From assembly GCF_009834535.1 (NCBI RefSeq), contig NC_045697.1, positions 14,200,001-14,264,000 on the forward strand: a DNA stretch of 64,000 nucleotides, read 5' to 3'. Each line of letters opens with the position of its first letter. The first letter of the stretch is position 1. Made by a program: the position numbers and the translations under genes. The notes under the pieces are model-generated. The model made no database searches. It had not been told where the DNA came from and worked only from the letters and a program-made list of their open reading frames with translations. Source of the stretch: Camelus ferus. Lineage: Eukaryota. Below are positions 48,191 to 61,435 of the stretch, one piece after another.

Positions 48191-49894
48191 GAGTATTCAC
48201 ATTTTAAGAGAGGCTATCGGAGACTTTCACTTCCTCTCCGTCCCCACTCTGCTCCCCGTTCAGTCTTGCCCTTCCTCTTCCTCTCTCTTCAATAATCCCA
48301 CCCTTTCTTTTCCCTCCACTCAGTAGAGCCTAGTTTCCTCCCCTTGGCGACTAGTATTCTGTGATGAAGTCACCCGTTCTTCCTTCTACTCTGGAATGAT
48401 CTAGAGATTGTCACGGAATAAAACCAACCTTCCTGAGGAACAGGGAGAGTCAGACCCAGGTCTTAGTGCAGGATTTCCCGTTCCTCTAGAGAAAGCTCCA
48501 TTCGTACCACCAACTACAGGGCTTCCAAAGGGTGACGTTTATTTATCACAATATTATAACAGATTTCTTCCTCCTCTCTCCTCCTAGCCCAGACCTTACC
48601 TGCCCTTGGAGTCCAAGGTGGCTAATTTGTTCAAAACAATCAATGTGGTAGATGGCTGGTCTACGTTTTTTTTCCTGCAGATAGCAAGAGAGTAAATCAC
48701 TCTAGCTTTGTGCCATAAGATTTCTTTTGCATGTACTGAATTCTGTCATTATTATGTAGTCTGTAATGATAGCCACAGATACTACATAAATGAATGAGTG
48801 GCTATATTCCAATAAAACTTTGTGAACAAAATTTTATATTTCATACAATTTTGATTTTCATGGGTATGCTCTTTCTCAGTTGCCTTCAGCTCAAAATAAT
48901 TTTTATGTCAAAACGGTGTATGTCAAAAGGGCTGACACGTTCTGTTTCCTTCATAGGTGTAAGGAAAATAATTAGCAGTGACAGAGAGAAAGGAGTGGTA
49001 ACAGTCAACGGGATCGAAGAGAGTTGAAAGAGGCTTCCTGGAAGAGGTGGCATTTAGTCTGGCAGAAATAATGGAGAAACGAGGATAGAAGTCATTGTTC
49101 TATTTTGGCACTGAGAAAAAGAATAGGTCACAGGCAGCTGAGGTTGAAGTTGAAGCTTAGAGAAGACAGATGCCCTCTGCAGGGCTGCCAGAAAGGCTGT
49201 CCACATGGGGATGCCAAATGTGAAGACAGCTGGGCATACCCCAGGCTGGGCTTCTAGAGCTAATTGGTGGCCACATTTACAAAATAAAAGTGACTGACAA
49301 GAGGGCTGTGATATTTCTATTGACTTCATCCCATCCCAAGCTCTTAACCGTATGCCTGGTCCCTGAGGCCAAGTTGGGGTCTGGAAATGCAGTCTGAAGT
49401 TGCTGACAGCACTCAGTATCCTTATAAAAGAGTGAAAAATTGATAGCTTGAAGGTGGAGTTTAATTCAGTTATGTTTCCAACAATATATCAGAAAATATA
49501 TCTGTTACATCCCTTTTCCCACAAAATACCTAGCTATGATTTTTTAAATTTTAAAAAAATTTATAGCTGAGTTGTAAGAAAGTAGAGAAATCACCAAGGG
49601 CCAAAACAAAAGAGGAATCTGGGAGAATCTGTAACCATAGGCCTGCCTTCAGGAGGGCTGAGTTTTAAATTTGCATTACCTCTAAATAAATTAATTTAAA
49701 GAGGTCTTAACTTGCTAGCTTTTGGGGGACCTGGCAGAAAGAAACATAATTACTCTTTGTAAGATGAATACCAACAATTTAAACATTCTCTGAAAAGCCA
49801 GAATGATAGAATATAAAACACGAGAGGAAGTAAGCCGCCCTAAATGGGGTTAATCAGGAGAATTAAATCCATTTAGCATTCATTTCCACAATTT

Positions 49895-50669
49895 ACTTTT
49901 TTCCTTTCTTATTTATAATCAGTTTACAATGTTGTGTCAATTTCTGGTGTACAGTATAATGTCTCAATCATACATATACATATATATTCCTTTTCACAGT
50001 CTTTTTCATTACAGGTTACTACAAGATATTGAGTATAGTTCCCTGTGCTCTACAGTAGAAACATGTTGTTCATCTATTTTATATATAGTAGTTAGTATCT
50101 GCAAATGTCGAACTCCCAATTTATCCCTTCCCACCCCCTTTCCCCCTAGTAACCATAAGTTTGTTTTCTCTGTGAGTCTGTTTCTGTTTTCTAAATAAGT
50201 TTATTTATGTCTTTTTTTTAGATTCCACATATAAGTGATATCATACTTATTCTTCTTTCTCTTTCTGGCTTACTTCACTTAAGATGACAATCTCCAGATC
50301 CATTCATATTGTGGCAAATGGCATTATTTTACTCTTTTTCATTTCTGAGTAGTATTCCATTATGTATATATACACACACATATATGAATACACACATACA
50401 TATATATATATATACCACATCTTCTTTATCCAGTCATCTGTCAATGGGCATTTAGGTTGCTTCCGTGTCTTGGCTGTTGTAAATAGTGCTGCTGTGAACA
50501 TTGGGGTGCAGGTGTCTTAGTTTGATACAGCTGTTATGGAAAACAGTACAGAGATTCCTTAAAAAACTAAAAATAGACTTACCATGTGATCCAGCAATCC
50601 CACTCCTGGGCAGATATCTGGAGGGAACCTCTAATTCGAAAAGACGCATGCACCCTAGTGTTCATAGCA
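49895..50669 (-). mobile_element. LINE-1 with 5' inversion (minus-strand 3' part 49895-50518; inverted part 50519-50669)
   Basis: Minus-strand [35 protein letters not shown] abuts plus-strand ORF ...[28 protein letters not shown], two adjacent L1 ORF2 segments in opposite orientation. Candidate TSD TAGCATTCAT at 49874-49883 and 50665-50674. Confidence 0.9.
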
Positions 50670-51199
50670 TTCATGTATTTGAATTATCAGATATAAAATA
50701 TGGGAAAAGCATATCTTGAAATGCTGTTGATTTCTGTAAGTGTAAGTTTCTTCATCTGAAAACAACTGAGGTAATGATAGCACCAACTTCATAGGAACCA
50801 TTGATTAATCCATTCAGTTTAGTCATTCAGTACTCAGTTGCTGAGCACATACTTTATGACCAGCACTACACTGGGTTCGGGAGATCCAAAGATGATTAAG
50901 TGAGTTGACAGCCCACAGGTACAGGGTAGAATTAAATGAAGTAAGGTAGGTAAAGTGACCAGCACCATGCCTGTCACACAGAAAGCTCACATTCCAGACC
51001 GAACCACCTGTTTTCCTTTCCCTACCTGTGCATCAGGCATTGTACCCACTATCAGCAGATAAAACGATGAGGGAGAAGCAGGTCTCCTGCTCAGGACTTG
51101 GGGAAAGTTTTGAGACATGGCTAAGAGGGCAGGTCTGGATAAAGCCAGCCAAGTTCAAATCCTGGTTCCACCATTTGCAAACTGTGTGAATGTATTCAT

Positions 51200-51600
51200 C
51201 TCAGTGCCCAAACATAAAAGTTGAGACAGAGATTTCGATGCAAGCAGCTCATTTAAGGAGGTAATCCCATGAAGCATATGAGGAAAGAGGGGAGGGAGGG
51301 GAAGAATGACAGAAAGATACTAAAGGACGTATTCACGAGCAGGTTACTGCTGGGACAGTTGAGAGTCACACTGGGGTCCCTCTGACTGTGTGGGCCACAT
51401 CTCAGGAACAGCGCCATGGAGGGACAGAGGGTACTGGGTCAGTTATCCGATTGCTCTTGCCCCTCACTGCTGGAGGCTCACTCTAAGACCTTTAACTTTA
51501 CAAGCTTTGTAGATCTATTCCCATATCTCAGACAGAGATTCCAGGCAAGTGGTACAGGAACTGTCTGGTAGAATTCATTCTGTAGGAGTAGTACAGACAG
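51200..51600 (-). mobile_element. ERVL LTR (LTR16-like), diverged
   Basis: ttgagacagagatttcgatgcaagcagctcatttaaggaggtaatcccatgaagca...gagcaggttactgctggg. Confidence 0.55.
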
Positions 51601-51689
51601 AATGCCCTGTGGTGGCTTCATCTCTAAGTCTGTCCCACCGCATAAAACTGAGTGAATAACTGTTTACCTGTGTCTCCTATATTTCCTCT

Positions 51690-52110
51690 AATACATATAC
51701 CTCCTGGTACCTATTGGAATAAAATTTTTTCTTCACCCATGAAAGAGACTTGTGCCCAGCTAGACTGCATTTCCCAGCTTCCCTAGGCGTGCCATGTGAC
51801 TAAGTTCTGACCAGTGGAATGTAGTGGGAAAATGTGAGCCTCTTTGAGGCCTGGGAATTAAGGTCCTAGGCATATCTTCTCCGTGTTCTTTGTTCCCATC
51901 TAGACACATAAACATGGCAGAGAGCCAGCTTTGACCACGCAGATGAGAACAGTGCCCTGAGAATGACTGAGAAGCCCAGATGCAAGGAAGCGAATCTTTG
52001 AATGGCCACATAGAGCAGAGCTACGCCAGCCGGCTCGGACGCCTCCCATCAGGACTATTACAGGAGGGAGAATTAGCCAGGGTGTCCTGGGGTCCTAGGT
52101 AAAAGCGCTT
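51690..52110 (+). mobile_element. MaLR LTR (MLT1J-like)
   Basis: gactgcatttcccagcttccct...ccatgtgactaagttctgaccagtggaatgt...ccacatagagcagagct. Confidence 0.7.
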
Positions 52111-53423
52111 TCCTCGTCTCCGCCAGTGCATCCCCTCATGGAGTGGCTGTGGAAATTAATGAGACAATTCATACAGAGTGCTTAGAACAATGCCTGGCAC
52201 CTGGTAAAGCTCTTGTAAATAATTAGTTGTTATTATTATTCCTGCTTGCTAAGGTATGATCTTCTTGGCATGCTCTGAATCACTTAAACTCGGAGTGGGG
52301 GATGAATGGAACCCCAAAGAAAATTAAAGGAACTGGATTCAACTACAGGATCTAGATTCTGGATAGACCAAAACTAATGTCCATCACGCGTAATAATGAT
52401 AACAATAGCTGCTATTATTGAGGGTCTACTAGATGCTGGGCCCTTCACTAGGCATTCATCTAATTTTATTCATTCTTACAGCCTCCTTATGGTAAAAGTA
52501 TTGGCACCCATATTTTCCTGTTGAGAAACAAAGACCCTTGGAAATGATGGAACATCATCTTAAAGGCAGTCATCATTTGGGAAAAAGAAAGAAAAAAAAA
52601 ACCCTACTTTAGTCAAGATTCTCACTAAACTTTCAGATATTTGGAAATTCAACTGACTTTTAAGAGGACACAACAAATGACAAATGTGCAGGGAGTTTCT
52701 GAGCCACCTGAGGGAAGTTTAGGTAACATGCAACATTCTAATTCTATTTTGTCTGGCTCCTCCACAGCTCACTCTTAAGAGATCGTAATCATTAATCACC
52801 CAAAGACTTTTGTGTCTACACTCAGGCTGCTGGGAAAGTGATATATCTTGAATTTTAAAGTCACAGTAATGGTCCCCAAGTGAGACCAGAGAACTGATTT
52901 TTAGCATTACCCACACAATCATCGTGTCTAGACCTACAGGACAGTAGCAGTCTTCTCTCCTGGGTTATGACTTTATATAAATATGCATGCAAACATAATG
53001 GGACTTTTCATGGGAAAAATTTCACAGAATCACTGCACAGACTCTGCATTTTCATTAAGGGAATATCCTGGGAGCAGGAAGGCAGCTCTCCATTCTGTGG
53101 AGAAAATTCCCTGTTACTTCGACCTCAGGAAGTATTTCCTCAGGGAAAAAAAAAAATCCTACCACATGGGTATATTTCCAGTTAATCCTCGCCTCTCTCC
53201 AGCCTCCATCAACCACTCCCAGCCCACTCTCCTTCCACTAAACCTCTTTCCTCTGGCCTTCTACCAGCCCAGTACAATGGAGCAGCTACCAAAGGGAGTG
53301 ATCTCTCCTGACTGCAGACTTCTCAGTTTCCAAGAAGAAAACGTGTGAAAAGGAAGAAAAGCCAAAGTCTCAGTTGGAGAAAAACTGAGTCCAGGAACCA
53401 TGAGGACCTCGTGGCAGTGGCCG

Positions 53424-53801
53424 TGACAAAGACTCCTTCTTTGACCAAACTTCAGTCAGGCTCCTTTGGGTCTTCTTCTTACCTCTGTCGTGTCCTTTTC
53501 CTGCGAATCTCGCTGTTAGCAAAGAATCTTGTTAAGCCAGTTTATCAAGAATTTCCCTACGTATATTGGTTAATCAAGTTTCTCTTCCCAAATCCTTGAT
53601 CTCTAATCAGGCCCTCTTAATGCCCAACAAAATTCTTCTTAGTAATTTTCCATTCACTTCTTCCCTCTCCATTGGCTATAAATCCCTACTTGTTCCTGTT
53701 GTGTTTGGAGTTGATTTCCATCTCTCTCCCCTATTGCAATAGTCTTGAATAGAGCCTTCCTTACCATTTTTAATGTGTCCAGGCAAAATGTTTCTTTTAC
53801 A
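53424..53801 (+). mobile_element. ERV1 solo LTR (MER31/MER67-like)
   Basis: TG...CA termini (tgacaaagactccttctttgaccaaacttcagtcaggctcc ... tttcttttaca), internal attggctataaatccc, flanked by near-identical 4-bp GCCG/GCCT. Confidence 0.8.
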
Positions 53802-53978
53802 GCCTTGGCAAGTCAGGCTGGGAATATCTATTTAATACTACCATAGTGAGCTGTGGATTTTGTATAAACTATCTGTATCCTGGATGGATGCTCTCGTAGG
53901 CAGGTTTTCAAACAACTTGAGCTTCCTTGTTCTCTCTTATTGACCTTCTGTTACCCAAGGCAAGTCCAACTTGAACAG

Positions 53979-54530
53979 GTGTTAGGACTTTGTTAAATTA
54001 ACATTTGCTAAGTGGGGCACACGGTGATGACTGCTACCTGCATTCAACAACAGGTCACATAGAAACTGAAATAGAGAAGTACATTACTCATAGGTCCCGG
54101 GGAGAAAGCACACAGCACGCTCCAGGGGCTCCCTGGGGAGGTCAAAGCAGGATGCAAAGAAGGAGGCAGGACCCGGGACACATACCTTTATCAGGGTTCA
54201 TGGGTGAAGGGCACTGGGGTTCCAGGGCTAAGGCCAGATGGGTTGATTCAAACCAAAAAAGAGTGGGTTTGGGTATGCTCCAGCGGGTTCTCATCTAAGG
54301 GCTGTATAAAGGGAAAACTGTTGCTCACAAGGGCTGTTGGGAAAGTTACATCAGAAACTTTTTTTGTTTATGACTCCCGGGGCTGTCACCTGGAGCACAC
54401 ACTTGCATAGAGTGGCTAGTGTCAGTTTAAAGCCCCTGAGGGAGGCTTGGCCAAAAAAAAAAAAAAAAAAAAAAAAAAAGGGTGCCCAGGCAGCAGTAGC
54501 ATGGAGTACAGAGCTAAACTCTCAATAATA
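53979..54530 (-). mobile_element. Probable ERV solo LTR (subfamily uncertain, MER74/MER76-like) containing a ~27-nt A tract
   Basis: tgttaggac...agaagtacattactcataggtccc...cacagcacgctccaggggc...ggaggtcaaagcagg resembles reverse-strand ERVL LTRs; recognised from memory only. Confidence 0.5.
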
Positions 54531-54943
54531 GACCCACATTTCTCCATCACCTAGGCTAGATAACTGCCCCTCCCCATTCAAAGAGGTCGTCCTGAAGCTC
54601 AGCGAGGAAACCGAGTGAGGATGCTTTGGAAAAGGTCTACAAAGGGACGCTGTACTGTGGAGGGAAATAAATATTCAGATGATACTGAGACATTTAGAGA
54701 AATGCTAACAATATATGAAGTGAACAACAGAATAACATAAGCAGTATTCTCCTAATTTTGAACTATGACGTGTGATGATAAAGGTAGGAAATAAAAAACA
54801 GTAAAATGTAGAAAGTTATTCTTTGGCTAACAGGCTTCTTTTATACCAGCATGCATTTTCCATATTTTGTTCACTGACCACTTATACATTTAAAATTTTA
54901 AAATAAAATAAAATAATTTTAAAAAATTAAAAATAAGGGTTCA

Positions 54944-55150
54944 TAACCCTAATGTAAACTATGGAATTTGGTTGATAATAATGTGTCCATTTTGGTTCAT
55001 CAGTTGTACCAAAAATGCCACACTGATGAGGGATGTTGCAGGGAGGGGAGTATATACGTGTGGGTGGGGAGGGCTATGTGCAAACTCTGTATTTTCTGCT
55101 CAGTTCTGTTGTAAACCTGAAACTGCTCTAAAAAAATAGAGTCTATTGAA
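54944..55150 (+). mobile_element. Old LINE-1 (L1MC-like) 3' end
   Basis: aaccctaatgtaaactatgg...ggttcatcagttgtacc...aactctgtattttctgctcagttctgttgtaaacctgaaactgctctaaaaaaatagagtctatt. Confidence 0.8.
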
Positions 55151-56506
55151 AAACAATAAATGAATTAGAGTCCATAGTTGGAAAACCTGTTTGAGGGACG
55201 TTTTGCCATGGATACCAGGTCTCCAAAGGGAAGGCTGCATTACAGAACCTCTCCCCACAGCCTTTCCAACCCTTTCTCTCCTTTTCCTCGCTGCCTCTCT
55301 CTCACTCCCTTGCTCCAGTCCCAGAAGAGAAAGCAAATGTCTCTCTGTCTGAAGCAGAACTGTTTTCCCCACACCCAGGCCCTTTCTCTGGCTAATCTTC
55401 TAAATCAGTTTCTTCCCTTTCCAAAATCCAATGTCCTTCAAGAGATGAATTCTGTGGAATAAATCATTCTTCAACTCATTATACAGGGATTTTAGTCCAC
55501 ACCTCCCCCCATCCCCCGCCACCTCATTGCTGTCTGTTTTGCACTAAAAGGGATCTAACGTGTGAAAGCACTTGGTAAGCTACAAATCACCATGGAAATG
55601 AAAATCAGCTTTCTCATAATTCTCGGGAACTCTTATTGTAGTTCGTGTTCTACTGCATTAGTTAGAGTTGCAAGCTTGTCTTTCTCCTGAACCAGATCAC
55701 ATAAGAGCCAAGGGTATTTTCTTCCCGGTGATACGCTCAGTGTCTGACATGGGGTAAGTGTTCAAAATATTTGTCAGCTGTAGGAATCAACATCTTTGAT
55801 GAAAAGTGGAAATTTAAACGTAGAATCAATGCCTTAGTGAGAAAGGGGATCGTGAAACTGGTCAGAAGCTGCCCAGCCAGGGTTCAAATCCCAGGCCTTT
55901 CCCTGCTGTTTACAAATGAAGAAACGGGTATCCACTGCCAACCACACACATTATTGTAAGATTATTGGTTAAAACACCCAAAGGGGCTTAGAACAGTTCT
56001 TGACACCCAAGTAAGTTTTCATTAAATGATGGCTTTTATTTTATGATTGTATTTAGGATTCTCGTACTTTCCTAGATCAGAGACCCAGAAGCTCAGACAC
56101 ACCCTTGCCAGCTCCCTCCCATTCCCAGCCTAGAAGGCTTCTGCAGAAAACAAAGACATAGAATGGAAATACAAGAATAGTACATAATTTCCCAGCAGCT
56201 TCAACCACGCTCCCTTTCCAGTGCTCTAATTAATGTACGACATCACCTCCTCTGCTAGACGATTGATGCCTTGGGGGCAGGTGTTACCTCTGATTTCTAT
56301 TTATGTTGCCGGAAACATTTAGCTCAGCGCTTCACGCAGACTATAGATTCTCAAGGCTGTGTGATAAATGAGGGAAGTGCCAATGACAGGGCTGATCTGG
56401 GAATGCAAGCAAAGGTAGAAGTAGATTAGGAATGTGGGTGGGAGATTTCGAGTAGAGAACCAGGGGCTGACACAGGTCAGCAGTTTTTAAACCGCAGCTG
56501 TGGAGG

Positions 56507-57355
56507 TGTGCGATACTGTGATTGTGATCATGTGTGTGTATATATGTATTTGGTCTTCCTCTTTTGTTCCCGGCGTAGAGCTTCTAAAACCCCTGGAATT
56601 TCCTGAGTTATGAGAGCCATAATGCTGTCTTTTATTACGTTAGTGAGATAACTTTAGAACCCCAGCTAAGGTTGGGGCTGGTTACCAGGAGAGCCAACCA
56701 TGTCATTTGAGGGTTGAAACTTTCAGTTCCACCCCCCTGATTTCCAGGGAGGGGAGTGAGGCTGGAGGTTGAATGAATTGCCAATGGCCAATGGTTTTAT
56801 CAATCATGCTTATGTAATGAAGCCTCCATAAAAACCCAAAAGGGTGATATTCGGAGAGTTTCTGGGTTGGTGGCCACGTGGAGACTGGGGAGAGGGCACG
56901 GAAACTCTACACCATCCCCCATACCTTGCCCTTTGCTTTACTTCATCTGACCATTGATGTTATCCTTTAGTATCTTTTGTAATAAACCAGTAGTCTGGTG
57001 AATAAATGGGTTCCTGAGTTCTGTGTGCCACTCTAGCAAATTAATCAAACCCAAGGAGGGGGTCATGGGAACCTCTGATTCATAGCCATTTGGTCAGAAG
57101 CGTCAGTGACAGCCTGGAATTGCTACTGGCATCCGCAGCAAGGTGGGTGGGTGGGGGCAGTCTTGTGGGACTGAGCCCTTAACCTGTGGGATTTGGTGCT
57201 ATCTCTAGGTAGACAGTGGCAGAATTGAATTGAAGTGTAGGATGCTTAGCTGGTCTTGCAGAATTGCTTGGTGGTGTGGAATCCTTCTCCCCTTCTAGCC
57301 CGTCTTTCCCCTTCTTCTTCCCCAACCCTGCCCACACACACGTTGGAACTGGATG
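56507..57355 (+). mobile_element. ERV solo LTR (MER21-like)
   Basis: agagcttctaaaacccctggaatttcctgag...aatcatgcttatgtaatgaagcctccataaaaaccc...ctctagcaaattaatcaaacccaaggagggggtcatgggaacc...gggcagtcttgtgggactgagcccttaacctgtggg. Confidence 0.85.
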
Positions 57356-57711
57356 TTAGAATATTTAAAGTAGCAAAGGGGGAGGAGGTAGCATGAGAAA
57401 GAGGCTGAAAAATCCGACCTGCAGCACACTGCCCCACCCTCTGAACTCTAGCGAGAGAAGTCTCACTTTTATTTCCTTTTATATCCCTTTATAGACACTT
57501 CGTATATATGTATAGAAGCCTTTTGCTTAAAAAGAAAAACAAAGAGTGATAATTACCACTTGATGCCTATTCAGGTGCTGGTTCAATTAGATAATGTGAT
57601 ACTTGGGATTCACTTCAAGTCCCTGTCACTTCCTGTGTTGACTTCAGAATGTTGTAAGCGTTTATTACAACTGCCCCGATTTAAGGGTGACATATTTCCA
57701 AGGAGGAGCAT

Positions 57712-58225
57712 TTTTTTTCATTGAAGTATAGTCAGTTTACAACGTTGTGTCAATTTCTGGTGCACAGCATAATGTTTCGCTCATACATATACATGCATAT
57801 ATTCCTTTTCATATTCTTTTTCATTATAGGTTACTACAAGATATTGAATATAGCTCCCTGAGCTATACAGGAGAAACTTGTTTATTTTATATATAGTAGT
57901 TAGTATCTGCAAATCTCGAACACTCATTTTATCCCTCCCCAACCCCTTCCCTCCTGGTGCCCATGAGTTTGTTTCCTGTGAGAGTCTGTTTCTGTTTTGT
58001 AAATTACTTCATTTGTGCCCTTTTTTTAGACTCCAAATATAAGTGATATCATATGTTATTTTTCTTTCTTTTTCTGGTTTACTTCACTTAGAATGACGAT
58101 CTCCAGGTCCGTCCATGTTGCTGCAAATGACATTACTTTATTCTTTTTATGGCTGAGTAGTATTCCTTCCATTGTGTTTGTGTGTGTGTGTGTATATATA
58201 TGTGTACACATATATATATACACAT
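57712..58225 (-). mobile_element. LINE-1 3' end
   Basis: ttttcattgaagtatagtcagtttacaacgttgtgtcaatttctggtg...ttatggctgagtagtattcc; strongly similar to 49915-50400. Confidence 0.9.
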
Positions 58226-58924
58226 TATTTAATCATTTGAATGGCTGGGAGGGCAGACCAAGGTAGTAGTGGTTCTGGTTATTGTGGAGTTTTCTGTTCT
58301 GAGAGATTTTTGATATTTTAGATTTTTCTGTGGAGGTCTTAGAGGGAACTGGAGGGAGAGGGTACTCTGATTTCAGTAGGGCTGCTCAAAGGCTCACAGG
58401 GTTCTAGAGAAAGAAATAGCCCAAAGAAAACCTGGCTGAGAAATTTTCAGGGAAATGAAATTCAACAGCCAACTTAAAGTTGTCCTCCTGTGCTGTGATT
58501 CCTTTACTTACTCTGTTCTAAAGTCTTTAGCAATAGCCATCAGCTCTTTGTTAGCTCTGTCTTTTGAATAAAATGTGGGGTGAGGAAAACTAAGGAGGCT
58601 AAAGCACCAGGGAGTGAAGTAAGGATCTAACCAGAGGTAATCAGGAAGAAATCTAAGATAGACAATTATCAGGAAAATGTGTTTCCCCTACGGACACTTT
58701 GCAATCTTGAGAGGAGGCTAGAATTCCTGAAAGATGGAGGGCTACTCAGAAAGATCTGTAACTTGACAGCACTTGAGTTACTTACTAATTATCCCAATAA
58801 TTACAATAACTAATGGAACACCTGTCATATCCCAGACACCGTATTTACATCCATTGTCTCATTTAGCCTCCACAATAACCCTGGGGAATAAATATCGATA
58901 CCTCTATTTATAGAAAAGGAAATT

Positions 58925-59325
58925 GGCCACTATAACAAATAACCCCAAATCTCAGAAGCTTTCCAAAATAGAAGTTAATTTTTCACTCAAGTAAAAATGA
59001 AAAAGAGCATTCTTCATAAGCATGAAGTTCTGCTCCTCTAGAGGACAGTCAAGGACCCAGACTCTTTCCACCTTGTGGCTCTGCCATGATGAAAAAGACT
59101 GTGATGATAATCTGCGCCTCCCTGGAAGAACGGAAGTGAGCACTGTCTATGGAGAGTTTATGCACCTGCTCGGGAAGCAGCGCTCATCACTTCTGATGAC
59201 CTCTCATTGGCCAGAACACAGGTGTGGCCACACCTGACTTCAGTAGGGCTGGGAAAGGAAGACTAGCTGTTTCCTCAGGAAAAAGAGGAAGTGAGTTTGG
59301 GAAACGAGTAGCTAGTGTCTCCCAC
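58925..59325 (-). mobile_element. MaLR LTR (MLT1J/K-like)
   Basis: tataacaaataaccccaaatctcag...ctctcattggccagaacacaggtgtggccacacctgacttcagtagggctgggaaa. Confidence 0.65.
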
Positions 59326-61129
59326 ATCAGCCAATCATCCTCGCAGCTGATCTAGGAATGTCAAAGGGATTTGAAACAAGATTTTTTTGGTTTAAGATTA
59401 GAGAGTTGTTCAGTTCATCCTCACTGATTTGTGGATGTATAAGCCTCAGTTTCTAAAATGGACTTGAGGTAAGTTACCGAATGACACCCACAACTAAAGT
59501 GGGAAGAGAACATTAACTTTGGAGCAAACAAATCTGATTTTCCTCACCTGTACACTGTAACAGTATTTGCTTTACTGCATAATTGTTACAAATACATAAC
59601 ACATGCAAAGTCCCCACAAATTTGCCTGGGAAATAGCACAAACTCAATGAATAGTAGCTCTTTTGATGTGATTTTTCTAACAAGCTACATAAATAAAGGT
59701 GAAATGAGGTTTGGTTAACAAGAGAATCAAAGTATCTAATACATGACTATCTTAAAGTTTTGAAAAATGGTAAAGAGGCTGGTACATTCAATTCTGAGAA
59801 ACCTAGTGGCCAAAACAGTGGGAAACGTGATCCCAGCCCATGTGCAGAAAGTGAATCAGTTGTCTGTGGAGAAACCCAGAATTTCCTGACCCTGAAGCTT
59901 GAGAGAAATTTTAGGAAAAGGACAGTGGTTTAGGAAGTGGGTCACATTCTCAACCAAAGACCTCAAATGACTAACAAATGTTCTAAAGCCATCTCTTATT
60001 GTCATAATTTCCCTCAGGGGCATACTGCCAAATCCAAATTTTGGGGAAAAAACCCCAAAACGCCCAATTCCATCAGGATCAACAAAATAAAATCCAAGTA
60101 TTCTGATTAATTAACTTGACCCAGGAACAACATGCAAAGATCCACAGGAATGAATGAACACATCCTTTGTGACTTGGCCCCCTCAAAAGAGGTACAAACA
60201 CCCCATGATGTGTGCAAAAACATTCCAAGGGGCAAGGGAAGAAAATATCTCAATATTCAGCTACATTTATTTTTACCCTGTCCGATTGTGTTTTTATTTG
60301 TTTCAAAAAGTATATATTTTCCTAGTGCTACATGTATAGAAAATCATTTAATAAATGAATATACTTACATTGGTCGAATATGCTCAAAATGTTTTTTAAC
60401 TTATATGATCAATAAAGCCTCTGTTTTAGCTGATCATCCATGAATACTGAATTAATTTTTTTGTCACAGTCCTTCTTTTGATGCTAACTGCAAGGAGGGC
60501 GATTAAGGTTATGTACCCTGACCAGTGCCTGTAAGGTTTTCATCTTCTGAGTTTCTCTTGCCTTTGGGAGACACCATGATAAGTGGAAAAAACACCAATA
60601 ATTGAGCAAATTGCAGTGTTCGTGTTCAAATACCACCAAGGTCAAATACAGCTGAGCTGTAGGGAATGATGATGCCATCCCAGTTCTGTTTTCCTCAGTG
60701 GGGGGGATAGGTGAAGAAACAGGTGGCATTTCTAGTAATGTGGGCAGCGCCCTCACCTGGGTGCTTGACGCACAGTAGGTCCTTGGGGTCGGTTATTTGC
60801 TTCTCCTTAAGAGTTCTCCTTACAGGCTCAGAGGCTCTGTCCCAGCCACAGAGACTTCAGTTTGTTCATCCCTGGGGCAGCGTCTCCCCAGAGAGATCAA
60901 ATATTCGGTCAAATTCACCTACCATGGCTCCCTTAAGGTAATCATGTAATCATGATATTGGGACTACGCTAAGGTCTCTGAAGTTTATGTTTTTAAAAAG
61001 AGAGTCCACACCAGAGAAAAATTAAACATTATGATAAGGGAATACTCACTTCCCTTCCTCACCCTGGGGTGAGCTGACTGAACAGAAAACAGTTCGAATG
61101 TATCTCTGCTCTAACATCCCGTGCAGGCC

Positions 61130-61372
61130 ATGGTAATACAGTGGCTGGTGGGTGCGTGACCTCACAGACAGTGTCCGGTTTTCAACCCCCACTCCTGTAG
61201 GCACCCACTGTGTGAACCTGGGCAAGTCAATTTCCCCCTCAGTGCCTCAGTTTCCTCATCTGTGAATAGCACGCACCTTAAAGGGTTGTCATGAGGGGAA
61301 AATGACTTACGCTATTTGAAGTACTTAAAATAAGCGCTTACTAAGCACTCAACAAGTATTAGCCATTATTAT
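61130..61372 (+). mobile_element. MIR SINE
   Basis: ctgtgtgaacctgggcaagtcaatttccccctcagtgcctcagtttcctcatctgtgaa...gggttgtcatgagg...taagcactcaacaagtattagccattattat. Confidence 0.85.
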
Positions 61373-61435
61373 CAGCCCTTCTCTCTCATTCCCTATGCGG
61401 GGTATTTCTACTGAAATTTTTTTCTTATAAAAGAC

